From Polyangiaceae bacterium (GTDB lineage: Bacteria > Myxococcota_A > Polyangia > Polyangiales > Polyangiaceae): 64,000 nt of DNA. Both the position numbers and the translations under genes were made by a program. The notes beneath the pieces were generated by a model. It made no database searches. It was not told the origin of the DNA and worked only from the letters and a program-made list of their open reading frames with translations. The stretch is taken from the NCBI GenBank assembly GCA_947475525.1, contig CANJMI010000006.1, positions 204,162-268,161 of the forward strand, given 5' to 3'. Positions 1 to 8,292 of this stretch are shown in pieces (position 1 is the stretch's first letter; the number at the start of each line of letters is the position of its first letter).

Positions 1-892
1 CGATGACGGGTTTGAGCAAGCCGCGTTCGACGTCGACGACCTCGAGTAGCGGCGCTTTCGACTCGAAGAACCCAGGCTTCCGCGCGCCACACACCGAGAG
101 CTCGAAGAGGTCGCGCCACGTCATATCTCCAGGTAAAAACCTATCAAACGTGAAGCTCATCATCGCGGCGGTGTAGTCGATCTCGGAGTTCGTTATCAGC
201 AGGAGCCGCTTGCCTGCGTGGTACTGATCGAGCACCGCGAGCACCGTGTCTTCATCCAAATCGACGTAGCGCTCGGGGGCCGCCACAATCTCCGCCTTGA
301 GTTGCCCCTCCGTGTGAGCAGCGTCGATGTTCGCGCGTACGGCTCGGTAGAGTTCACGGTATCCAGCATGGGCCTCAGCAGCCTGCGGCGGCGCCTGAAT
401 CGTCGGGATTTTCCCGGCATCGAGCAGGTCGACGAGCTGCGAATACATGCAGCCTTCGGAGAGCGAGAACAGCGTATTGAGAAAGCTGTAACGCGGGTCA
501 CCGAGATCGATGACCGTGCGCGCGTACGTTCGCCGCAGCGTGTCGACATCGATCCGCGCTGTGCCGTGAAACCCCTGCTTCACGTAACCGAAACGATTCA
601 CCTTGAGGAGGTTGCCGCGCTCGATATCCATGACGAGGCCGCGCACGACGAGGTCGTGGTCGAAGGCGAGTTCCCCGACGGGCCAGCCGCGATCCTGCAA
701 GCGTTGTTGAAGGTAGTCGTACGCGCGGCGCTCCCACACGTTTACGCGGTAATGGACCAACGTGTAGTCCATGTCGTAGCCGATCACTTTGATCGAGCGG
801 AGGTTCAGCGTGCGGTTGCAATAGATGCCGCGCCCGGGCGGTGGGCCGCTCGAGACCCAAGAAGGGTCGGGACTTTGGTCGTGGGAGAACAC
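1..892 (-). CDS. HAD-IG family cytosolic 5'-nucleotidase (5_nucleotid family). Partial: C-terminus lies beyond window position 1. N-terminal end uncertain, with possible GTG at 892 or further upstream to ~1031.
   Basis: Reverse-strand translation gives ...RGIYCNRTLNLRSIKVIGYDMDYTLVHYRVNVWERRAYDY...GYVKQGFHGTARIDVDTLRRTYARTVIDLGDPRY..., the signature N-terminal DMDYTL motif of cN-II/HAD-IG nucleotidases. There is no in-frame stop through position 1. It is absent from the ORF track because there is no ATG start. High GC3. Confidence 0.7.
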   Translation of the reverse strand, partial: MFSHDQSPDPSWVSSGPPPGRGIYCNRTLNLRSIKVIGYDMDYTLVHYRVNVWERRAYDYLQQRLQDRGWPVGELAFDHDLVVRGLVMDIERGNLLKVNRFGYVKQGFHGTARIDVDTLRRTYARTVIDLGDPRYSFLNTLFSLSEGCMYSQLVDLLDAGKIPTIQAPPQAAEAHAGYRELYRAVRANIDAAHTEGQLKAEIVAAPERYVDLDEDTVLAVLDQYHAGKRLLLITNSEIDYTAAMMSFTFDRFLPGDMTWRDLFELSVCGARKPGFFESKAPLLEVVDVERGLLKPVI

Positions 893-941
893 GCCGACAT
901 TGTAATCACGCTCGGCGCGTCCGTGGTAACGAAGGGCAGCT

Positions 942-2816
942 ATGACGACCGTCGAGCCCCCCGCCCCGCGATTTGCCAAGCGTCTCGTCGCGCTCGAAGC
1001 GGAGGCGCAAGAGCTCGACCGGCGCGACACTGAACTGTCGAAAGCGCGCGGCGTTTCGTTTCTCGTCCTCGGCGGGCTCGGCCTCTACGGGCTCGCTCGA
1101 CCGAACGCGCTTGTGTGGTCCGGCGCAGGTGTGGCAGCGCTCGTGTTCTGCGTATTTGTTGTGCGGCATGCGCGCGTGGCAACGGCCCAGTTCGAACTCG
1201 CCCGCGTGATCGAGCTTGTGCGGCGCGCGCTCGCCCGCATGGACGGGACGTTCCGCGCACCGGAAGACGAGGCTCATCGCCTGGGTCTCGAACACCTCAC
1301 GGCCGGACATCCCTACGCGGCCGATCTCGACCTCTTCGGCAACGATTCGCTCTTCGAATTGCTCGACGTGACCTACACGCCCGCCGGGCAAACGCGACTC
1401 GCGGGTTGGCTTGCCGCGCCCGCTGACGCGACCACGATCACGGCACGGCAGGAGGCCGCGCGCGAGCTCGCCAGCAAAGAAGCCTTCCGTGAGGCGCTCG
1501 CCTTGGCAGGTATGCGCGCCGCAGGTTCCGTCGGGGTCGGTTCTCAACGTGGTGTGCTCGCATGGGCCGTCGACGCGCCGGTCTCGCTCCCGGTAGCGAA
1601 GCTCCTCGTGCTGCTCGCGGTGCAACTCGGACTTGGCATCGCGGCCTCAGCGGGATGGCCGTGGGGGACGCGCGCATGGGGCGTGGCTGTGGGGGTTCAG
1701 CTCCTCGCGGTGGTGGCGCTCCGTGGCCGGCTCGAAGCGGTCCTCGGGCCCATCGCGGTGAAGCTGGCTCCGCTCGGCGGCTACCCGGCTGTGATGGCGC
1801 TCTGCGAAGGCGAAACGATGACGGCCGACGCACTCAGCGAGGCGTGTCGAGCGCTGCGGGATGGTGGAGGCGCGGCGCGCGCGTTGGGTGAACTCGATGC
1901 CATCCTCGGCTTTGCTGCGGTTCGTAATAACGGCCTCGTGCATGTCCTCGCGGACGTCTTCCTGATGTGGGACGTGTGGGCGGCATTCCGTCTAGAGCGA
2001 TGGCGGCGGCGGCACGGGGCGCGTGTGCACGGCTGGCTCGATGCCCTCGCCGAAGTCGAAGCGCTCTCCGCCGTCGGCACCTTCGCAGCCGAACATCCGG
2101 AGTTCACGTGGCCGAAAGTCGATGCCGCGACCACGCACTTTCGGGCACGCGGACTCGGCCATCCACTCGTGCCTAAAAACCACCGCGTCGTGAACGACGT
2201 CGACCTCGGCGAGTGCCGTGCGCTGATGATCACCGGCTCGAACATGTCTGGCAAAAGCACCATGCTGCGGTCGATCGGAGTGGCCGCGGTGCTCGCACAA
2301 CTCGGCGCGCCCGTGTGCGCAGACGAACTCGAGATGTCTGAAGCGCGGGTGTGGACGAGCATGCGCATCGACGACTCCCTCAGCGAAGGCGCGTCGCATT
2401 TCTTTGCGGAAGTGCGCCGCATCAAGGCGATCGTCGATGCCGTCCGCGAAGCGCAAACTCGCCCGGTGCTCTTTCTGCTCGACGAGGTGCTCCATGGCAC
2501 AAACTCACGCGAGCGCGTTCTCGGTGCGAAGGCCGTCGTTCGGCATCTGGTCGAGCGCGGCGGGATTGGCGCGGTGTCCTCGCACGACCTCGGCCTTGTT
2601 GTGCTCGAAGCCGAGACAGATGGGCGAGTGCTCAACGTGCATTTCGAAGAGCAGGTCAGCGACGGCAAGATGGGCTTCGATTACCGCATGCGCCGCGGAC
2701 CTGTGGCGACCTCGAACGCGCTCCGCTTGATGCGTGAAGTCGGCATCGATGTCGTCCCCTTGGACGATGAGCTCGAGGCGCGCGGGGCGCTCGATTCTGC
2801 CGACGGCGCAAGCTGA
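942..2816 (+). CDS. MutS-family ATPase (MutS domain V only) with N-terminal transmembrane segments. It has no mismatch-binding domain and no Smr domain.
   Basis: 624-aa ORF. Walker A MITGSNMSGKSTMLRSIG and the MutS signature LFLLDEVLHGTNSRER, then SSHDL. Two hydrophobic stretches sit in the N-terminal third (FLVLGGLGLYGLA..., LLVLLAVQLGLGIAA...). Confidence 0.8.
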   Translation: MTTVEPPAPRFAKRLVALEAEAQELDRRDTELSKARGVSFLVLGGLGLYGLARPNALVWSGAGVAALVFCVFVVRHARVATAQFELARVIELVRRALARMDGTFRAPEDEAHRLGLEHLTAGHPYAADLDLFGNDSLFELLDVTYTPAGQTRLAGWLAAPADATTITARQEAARELASKEAFREALALAGMRAAGSVGVGSQRGVLAWAVDAPVSLPVAKLLVLLAVQLGLGIAASAGWPWGTRAWGVAVGVQLLAVVALRGRLEAVLGPIAVKLAPLGGYPAVMALCEGETMTADALSEACRALRDGGGAARALGELDAILGFAAVRNNGLVHVLADVFLMWDVWAAFRLERWRRRHGARVHGWLDALAEVEALSAVGTFAAEHPEFTWPKVDAATTHFRARGLGHPLVPKNHRVVNDVDLGECRALMITGSNMSGKSTMLRSIGVAAVLAQLGAPVCADELEMSEARVWTSMRIDDSLSEGASHFFAEVRRIKAIVDAVREAQTRPVLFLLDEVLHGTNSRERVLGAKAVVRHLVERGGIGAVSSHDLGLVVLEAETDGRVLNVHFEEQVSDGKMGFDYRMRRGPVATSNALRLMREVGIDVVPLDDELEARGALDSADGAS

Positions 2817-2837
2817 ACTCAAGTAGGCTTCTGCCCT

Positions 2838-3248
2838 ATGCTTCGCGGTTTTGACTTCGCTTTCGTCGCTTTGAGTTCGATTCTTGCTGCGTGTGGCACG
2901 CCGGCCGCGAGCGAGTTCGGGGCGACTACCGGCGGAGGCGGCGTCGCCGACACGCGGTACTACCCCATCGGTAACGGCATGCCCATGATGGAGGCGGCGG
3001 CCTGCCAGCAGGTGCAAAACGCGATCACCGACGGCGCGTTCAAGCTCGGCTGCGTCGCCACCGTCCAGCAATGCCCAGGCATGCTGCGCTCCATCTACGA
3101 GAAAGAATGCATGCAATACGACGCCGGCACCGTGACGGCGTGCGTTGCCTATTTCGGAAAAGTGACGACCTGCGGCGAGCTCGATCCCGAGAGCTGCGTG
3201 CTCATCGGGTTCCCAACCACGGCCCCCTTCGGGTGTCCCGAGAAGTAG
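2838..3248 (+). CDS. small Cys-rich lipoprotein (hypothetical)
   Basis: Signal peptide with lipobox (SSILAAC-G), 12 Cys, high GC3. Lies 21 bp downstream of the MutS-like gene. Confidence 0.6.
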   Translation: MLRGFDFAFVALSSILAACGTPAASEFGATTGGGGVADTRYYPIGNGMPMMEAAACQQVQNAITDGAFKLGCVATVQQCPGMLRSIYEKECMQYDAGTVTACVAYFGKVTTCGELDPESCVLIGFPTTAPFGCPEK

Positions 3249-3304
3249 CGGACCGGCAGTTCAAAGAGCACCGCGCTGCCGCCCCGCCTGGCTCCCGGGT
3301 GCCT

Positions 3305-4219
3305 TCAGTGAATGAGCGGCGTGACGACCTTTTGCACGCCTTCGAGTTCTTTCTTCGTAAGCTCGGCAGCGATGTCGAGGTCGCCGTTCTTCGCGACGAC
3401 GAGCACTTTTTTGAGCAGCATCTCGACGCCGAATTGCGTCAGCATCGGGTCCTTTTGAGAGCGCGCGAGAGCATCGGTGAGCTCTTTCGCGAGGGCGGCG
3501 GCCTGGGCCGGATCGCTGAAGTGCGCGTGAACATGAAGCTTGGCGCCGGCCGGGGCGCTGAAGCCGACCGCCAGGGTCTCGAGCGTGTCGGAGCCGAGCA
3601 TCCCGAGGCGCGAGCGTGCCTCTCCGTTGGTCGCCGCCGCGAACCACAGCATGTCATTTTCCACCGGCGCGCGAACTGCCGCGAGGACTGCTTTGCCGTC
3701 CGCTTTACCGAGCGCGCGCTCGACGAGTTGCGGCGCCCCCAGGAGGACGCGCTTGCCGCGAAACGCGACCGCGATACTCCCGTGGTCGGCGAGGTAGTAC
3801 GCGCCGTTCGGGCCGGTCTTCGCGACAGGCGCCTCGTGCTCGGCCTGCTCGATGAACTTGAGCACCTTCGCTTGGTTGTAAGTTCCCTCGACGATCGCGA
3901 GCACGTCCCGCGACTGTTTGATCATGTTCGGGCCGAAGACGACCGTCACGCCGGTGATGTCCTTGAACGGGTCGATGCCCGCATCGGCACGCAGCTTCGC
4001 CAAGGTTTTCTTGCCCTCGACGTCCTCACGAATCTCCTTCTCGATGTCCTTGAAGAGCTGGGTCTTCCGGAGCTTTTCGACATCCGCGTGCAACACGCCG
4101 AGCGCGTCTTTCGGAGCCAATTCGAGCGCGGCCCCGCTGGCACGTGCCTGACGCGCAAGCGACGGAACGAGCAAAGCGAGCGCGAAAACCCAGAGATATC
4201 GAACATACTTGCGATGCAT
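3305..4219 (-). CDS. secreted hypothetical protein
   Basis: ORF 3305..4273. The likely start is the internal Met giving signal peptide MHRKYVRYLWVFALALLVPSLA, with a GAGGAAG Shine-Dalgarno sequence upstream. High GC3. No recognisable catalytic motif. Confidence 0.55.
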   Translation of the reverse strand: MHRKYVRYLWVFALALLVPSLARQARASGAALELAPKDALGVLHADVEKLRKTQLFKDIEKEIREDVEGKKTLAKLRADAGIDPFKDITGVTVVFGPNMIKQSRDVLAIVEGTYNQAKVLKFIEQAEHEAPVAKTGPNGAYYLADHGSIAVAFRGKRVLLGAPQLVERALGKADGKAVLAAVRAPVENDMLWFAAATNGEARSRLGMLGSDTLETLAVGFSAPAGAKLHVHAHFSDPAQAAALAKELTDALARSQKDPMLTQFGVEMLLKKVLVVAKNGDLDIAAELTKKELEGVQKVVTPLIH

Positions 4220-4329
4220 GAACTTCCTCGATGCAGGGGGATGACGGATGACGTTGCCCCGGACGAGGGGCAAGCTACCAACTTCGACGTGACGCTATCC
4301 ACCGTATTGACCGCCGAAGCGTCGCAATC

Positions 4330-6759
4330 GTGCCTGAACGGACGTCCGGAGGTACTGGACGGACGTTCCCATTCGTGGCACTCCCCCTCGCCGTGACCGT
4401 CGAACAGAATCCGATTGCCATCATCGCCGAGGAACTCAACCTGCCCCGCGCCGGCGTCAGCGCCGTCGTCAAGCTCCTGGCCGAGAGTGCGACCGTCCCG
4501 TTTATCGCCCGCTACCGAAAAGAGCAGACGGGTGGGCTCGACGAAGTGCAAATCCGCGCGATTGACGAGCGACGCATCTACCTCGCCGACATGGCGGAGC
4601 GGCGCGGGACGGTGCTCGCCGAGATCGAAAAGCAAGGGAAGCTCACCCCGGAGCTCTTGGCGAAGATCGCGGCTTGTCAGAGCAAAGCCGAACTCGAGGA
4701 CCTCTACCTACCCTTCAAGCCGAAGCGCCGTACCCGCGCGATCATCGCGAAGGAACGCGGGCTCGAGCCGCTCTCGGACCTCATGTGGGCGCAGGCGCAC
4801 GACGGCCGGCCCGATGCGGAAGCAGCCAACTTCGTCGACGCCGCCAAGGAGGTGCCCGATGTCGCAGCGGCCCTCGCCGGCGCACGGGACATCGTCGCGG
4901 AGCGGGTTGCGGAGCATGCCGACGTCCGCAAGCGGGTGCGCGAGGCTTACACGAAGGAAGGCGCAATCGCGGTCGAGAAGACGCGTGAGCACGCCGACAA
5001 GGCGACGAAATTCGACATGTACGCGAGCTTCCGCGAGCCGGTCGATCGCATCCCCTCGCACCGCTACCTCGCCATCCGCCGCGGCGAGAGCGAAGGGGTG
5101 CTCCGCGTCGACCTCGAGCTCGACGCCGCGTCCTTGCACGCGCCGATTGCCGGGCTCGTCGGCGTGAACCCCTCCTCGCCGTGGGCGGGACAGTTCCGCG
5201 AGGCTATCGTCGACGCTGTGAAGCGGTTGCTTCTGCCCACGGTGCAGACCGATGTGCGGGTCGACTTGAAGATGCAGTCCGACCGAGCGGCGGTGGAAGT
5301 GTTCGCGCAGAACCTGCGAGAGTTGCTATTGGCGGCTCCGTTCGGGACGAAGACGGTGCTCGGCATCGATCCCGGGCAGCGCACGGGCTGCAAGTGCGCA
5401 CTCGTCGACAACACTGGTAAAATGCTGGAGCACACGACTGTTTATCTCGTTCAAGGGGACGGCGCGGTCGCCGATGCCAAAAGGAAATTGGCCGAGCTTT
5501 GCACGAAGTATCGACCGAACGCCGTCGCCGTCGGCAACGGCACCCACGGTCGCGAAACCGAAGCCGTCGTTCGGGAAGTTCTCTCCGCGTTCGGTTCCTC
5601 CACGGACCCCGCGGCCCAAGCTCTCGCCGCGGTACCGTGCGTCGCCGTCAGCGAGTCAGGCGCGAGCGTGTACTCCGCCAGTGACGTCGCGCGCGAAGAG
5701 TTTCCCGATCTCGATCTGACGATTCGAGGCGCAATCAGCATCGCGCGGCGCCTGCAAGATCCGCTCGCCGAGCTCGTCAAAGTCGATCCGAAGAGCATCG
5801 GCGTCGGTCAGTACCAGCACGACGTCTACCAGGGCTTGCTCTCGAAGCGCCTCGATGAGGTCGTCGAGAGTTGCGTAAGTTCGGTCGGCGTCGAGCTCAA
5901 CACCGCGAGTGCACCTTTGCTCGCACGCGTCTCCGGCATTGGGCCGACACTCGCGAAGCGGATCGTCGAGCACCGCAACGCGCACGGCGCCTTCAAGAGC
6001 CGCAAGATGCTGCTCGAGGTCGCCGGCGTAGGGCCGCGAACGTTTGAGCAATGTGCCGGCTTCCTGCGTATTCGAGGTGGCGAGCACCCCCTCGACGCGA
6101 GCGCGGTGCACCCCGAACGGTATGCCCTCGTCGAGCGCATTGCGGCAGACCTCGGCGTGGCAGTGACGACCCTCGTTGGCAGCGACAAAGCAGCGCATGC
6201 GATCGATCCGAAGAAGTACCTCGGCCCGGACGTCGGCGAGTTCACGTTGAACGACATCCTCGCCGAGCTGAAAAAGCCGGGGCGCGACCCACGCGCGACC
6301 TTCGAGCCGCCGAAGTTTCGCGACGATGTCCGTACGATGCACGACCTCAAGATCGGCATGGAGCTCGAAGGGGTCGTCACCAACGTGACCGCGTTCGGCG
6401 CGTTCGTCGACGTTGGCGTCCACCAAGACGGCCTCGTCCACGTCTCGCAGATCGCCGACCGATTCGTGCAAAACCCGGCGGACGCCGTCAAGGTCGGCGA
6501 CAAGCTGAAAGTGCGCGTGCTCGAAGTCGATCTCGAGCGCAAGCGCATCTCGCTGACGGCGAAGCGCGGCGAGCCCAGCCGAACGGAGCCGCAGCGAAAC
6601 GACGACCGCGGCAGCCCCGCCGCGCGTGGGCGCGACGACCGCAACCGCCCGCAAGGTCAGGGCCGCCCCGTTGGCAAGGCCGGCGCTACGCCCGCAGTTG
6701 ACCGCAACGCCCCCGGATTCCGCCACAATCCGTTCGCGGACCGCTTCCGCAAGGATTGA
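4330..6759 (+). CDS. tex: transcription accessory protein Tex (YqgF/HhH/S1 domains) with an unusual Arg/Gly/Asp-rich C-terminal extension
   Basis: N-terminus IAIIAEELNLPRAGVSAVVKLLAESATVPFIARYRKEQTGGLDEVQIR matches the Tex N-terminus. The C-terminal S1 domain reads GMELEGVVTNVTAFGAFVDVGVHQDGLVHVSQI. The true start may be GTG at 4393. Confidence 0.92.
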   Translation: MPERTSGGTGRTFPFVALPLAVTVEQNPIAIIAEELNLPRAGVSAVVKLLAESATVPFIARYRKEQTGGLDEVQIRAIDERRIYLADMAERRGTVLAEIEKQGKLTPELLAKIAACQSKAELEDLYLPFKPKRRTRAIIAKERGLEPLSDLMWAQAHDGRPDAEAANFVDAAKEVPDVAAALAGARDIVAERVAEHADVRKRVREAYTKEGAIAVEKTREHADKATKFDMYASFREPVDRIPSHRYLAIRRGESEGVLRVDLELDAASLHAPIAGLVGVNPSSPWAGQFREAIVDAVKRLLLPTVQTDVRVDLKMQSDRAAVEVFAQNLRELLLAAPFGTKTVLGIDPGQRTGCKCALVDNTGKMLEHTTVYLVQGDGAVADAKRKLAELCTKYRPNAVAVGNGTHGRETEAVVREVLSAFGSSTDPAAQALAAVPCVAVSESGASVYSASDVAREEFPDLDLTIRGAISIARRLQDPLAELVKVDPKSIGVGQYQHDVYQGLLSKRLDEVVESCVSSVGVELNTASAPLLARVSGIGPTLAKRIVEHRNAHGAFKSRKMLLEVAGVGPRTFEQCAGFLRIRGGEHPLDASAVHPERYALVERIAADLGVAVTTLVGSDKAAHAIDPKKYLGPDVGEFTLNDILAELKKPGRDPRATFEPPKFRDDVRTMHDLKIGMELEGVVTNVTAFGAFVDVGVHQDGLVHVSQIADRFVQNPADAVKVGDKLKVRVLEVDLERKRISLTAKRGEPSRTEPQRNDDRGSPAARGRDDRNRPQGQGRPVGKAGATPAVDRNAPGFRHNPFADRFRKD

Positions 6760-6919
6760 GACGCGGCGCGTCGGCGCTCCTTAGGTAGAGCCCCATCGGC
6801 CCGTCTTCGGCCTGACACCGCCCGACGGCGAAGCGTCAGGCGCGTGGCGCTCGCGAGGCTCCAAGTCCCCGATCTCTGGTCGCCCCAATGCGGCACGCAC
6901 CTTGCCAGAGTGTACCACC

Positions 6920-7471
6920 ATGACCTCCGCCGCTCTCGACGTCGCCCGTGCCACGCCATGGTTCCGTGTCCCCCGAGCCACGAATCGGCTTGGAGAGCTG
7001 CTCGCGCACGCATCCAACGCGCTCGCCGGCGGTGTGCACGAGGATGCCCTCGGCGCCCTCGCGATGGCGCTGACGCTTGCCCCAGCCGACATCGGCCTGC
7101 GGCTTCGCTACGCGGTGTTGCTCGCCCATCAAGGCCGGCACCGCGCCGCGCAGGACGCTTTCATGGACGTGCTCGACCGCGACCGGACGAACCTCGACGC
7201 GCTGATAAGCTTGGCCGAACTCTGCCGCGGAGCGAAGCACCTCGTCGGCGCAGTCGACCTGCTCGAACATGCCCGCCGGTTCCACGGTGACCATCCGGAC
7301 GTGCTTGCGGCACTTGCCGGCATCGCACTCGATCTTGCGGACGTTGACGGCGCGATGAGGCTCTTGGTTCACCTGCAGCGCCGGACGCCGACTCACCCCG
7401 ACCTCGACACGCTGGTCCAACGGGTGGCCGACCAACGCGCGCGTGAAAATCTGGCGGCGCTCGGACTCTGA
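6920..7471 (+). CDS. TPR-like repeat protein (hypothetical)
   Basis: Alpha-helical repeat pattern (ALAMALTLAPADIGLRLRYAVLLAHQGRHRAAQDAF...). High GC3 in this frame only. Confidence 0.55.
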   Translation: MTSAALDVARATPWFRVPRATNRLGELLAHASNALAGGVHEDALGALAMALTLAPADIGLRLRYAVLLAHQGRHRAAQDAFMDVLDRDRTNLDALISLAELCRGAKHLVGAVDLLEHARRFHGDHPDVLAALAGIALDLADVDGAMRLLVHLQRRTPTHPDLDTLVQRVADQRARENLAALGL

Positions 7472-7477
7472 GAGTCG

Positions 7478-7876
7478 TCAGTCGCTCGACGCGGAGCCGC
7501 CCGAGGAGCTGCCAGAAGACCCGGTCGAGGAGCTGCCCGAGGAGCTGCCAGAAGACCCGGTCGATGTGCTCGATGACGAGCCGCTGGACGAGTCACCGGA
7601 CGAACTGCTGGACGAGCTGGCCGCAGGGCTTGCGGATGAGCTCGCGGACGAGCTTGCGGATGAGCTTGCTCCGGAATCCGTCTTCGGCTTCGACGAGGCG
7701 TAGAGGTCGCTGTACCAGCCGCCTCCCTTGAGGATGAAGCCTGCGCCCCGCGAGATCATTCGCTGCGCCTCTGGCTTGCCGCAAGTTGGGCAATCCGTGA
7801 GCGGGTCATCCTTCATCGAGTGGAAGGCCTCCCAACTGTGGCCGCAGGCTCGACAGCCATAATCATAAGTCGGCAT
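7478..7876 (-). CDS. FmdB-family zinc-ribbon protein with a Ser/Gly-rich low-complexity C-terminal tail
   Basis: MPTYDYGCRACGHSWEAFHSMKDDPLTDCPTCGKPEAQRMISRGAGFILKGGGWY is the classic FmdB CxxC...CxxC zinc ribbon. An AAGGG motif lies upstream of the ATG at 7876. The tail is ~65 aa of S/G/T repeats. Confidence 0.8.
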   Translation of the reverse strand: MPTYDYGCRACGHSWEAFHSMKDDPLTDCPTCGKPEAQRMISRGAGFILKGGGWYSDLYASSKPKTDSGASSSASSSASSSASPAASSSSSSSGDSSSGSSSSTSTGSSGSSSGSSSTGSSGSSSGGSASSD

Positions 7877-8292
7877 TTCGGGTGAACCCTTAGGAACGCG
7901 CGCGCTCCGTGTCAACTCCGCCGGAGCGCCTCGGTGAAGGTTCCGCGCCACGCGGCACGGCCGTTGCGCTGAACCGCCGGCGCCTTGCCTCGAAGTCACC
8001 TGAAGGACTTCATCGCAAGTACTTAGAAGTAAAGACAAACATCTGGACCCTCTTGCCGTCGGGGTGCGCAGCGTGTAGCTCTTTCCGACATCACGTGACG
8101 GTACATGGCCTTGGGTGACCATACACGCCTGTCAACGCATGTTGACATTACCACCCAAGGGCATGACGAGGCCAAGCAACTGGCCTCGATTTGAGCCGGG
8201 GCTCGTCCCGATTCAGCACCGCCTACGACGTTCCACCGACCGCAAGGCTCCCCACACGCCGTCGCGGACCTCCCCCCCGAGTCACGCCTCGC

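Noticed and set aside
218-1033. 271-aa plus-strand ORF at the left edge, and the 906..1625 minus-strand 239-aa ORF
   Set aside because: The region is explained by the reverse-strand HAD-IG 5'-nucleotidase (DMDYTL motif) up to ~900-1030, then the MutS-like gene from 942. These ORFs are out-of-frame shadows.
5656-6726. 356-aa minus-strand ORF inside tex, plus several 100-270-aa ORFs on both strands in 4.4-6.7 kb
   Set aside because: All overlap the well-supported tex frame. They are Arg/Ala/Gly-rich shadow frames.
7443-7703. 86-aa acidic-repeat ORF (ELPEDPVEELPEEL...)
   Set aside because: Mirror image of the Ser/Gly-rich tail of the FmdB gene on the other strand. No start context. Kept only as a note in findings.
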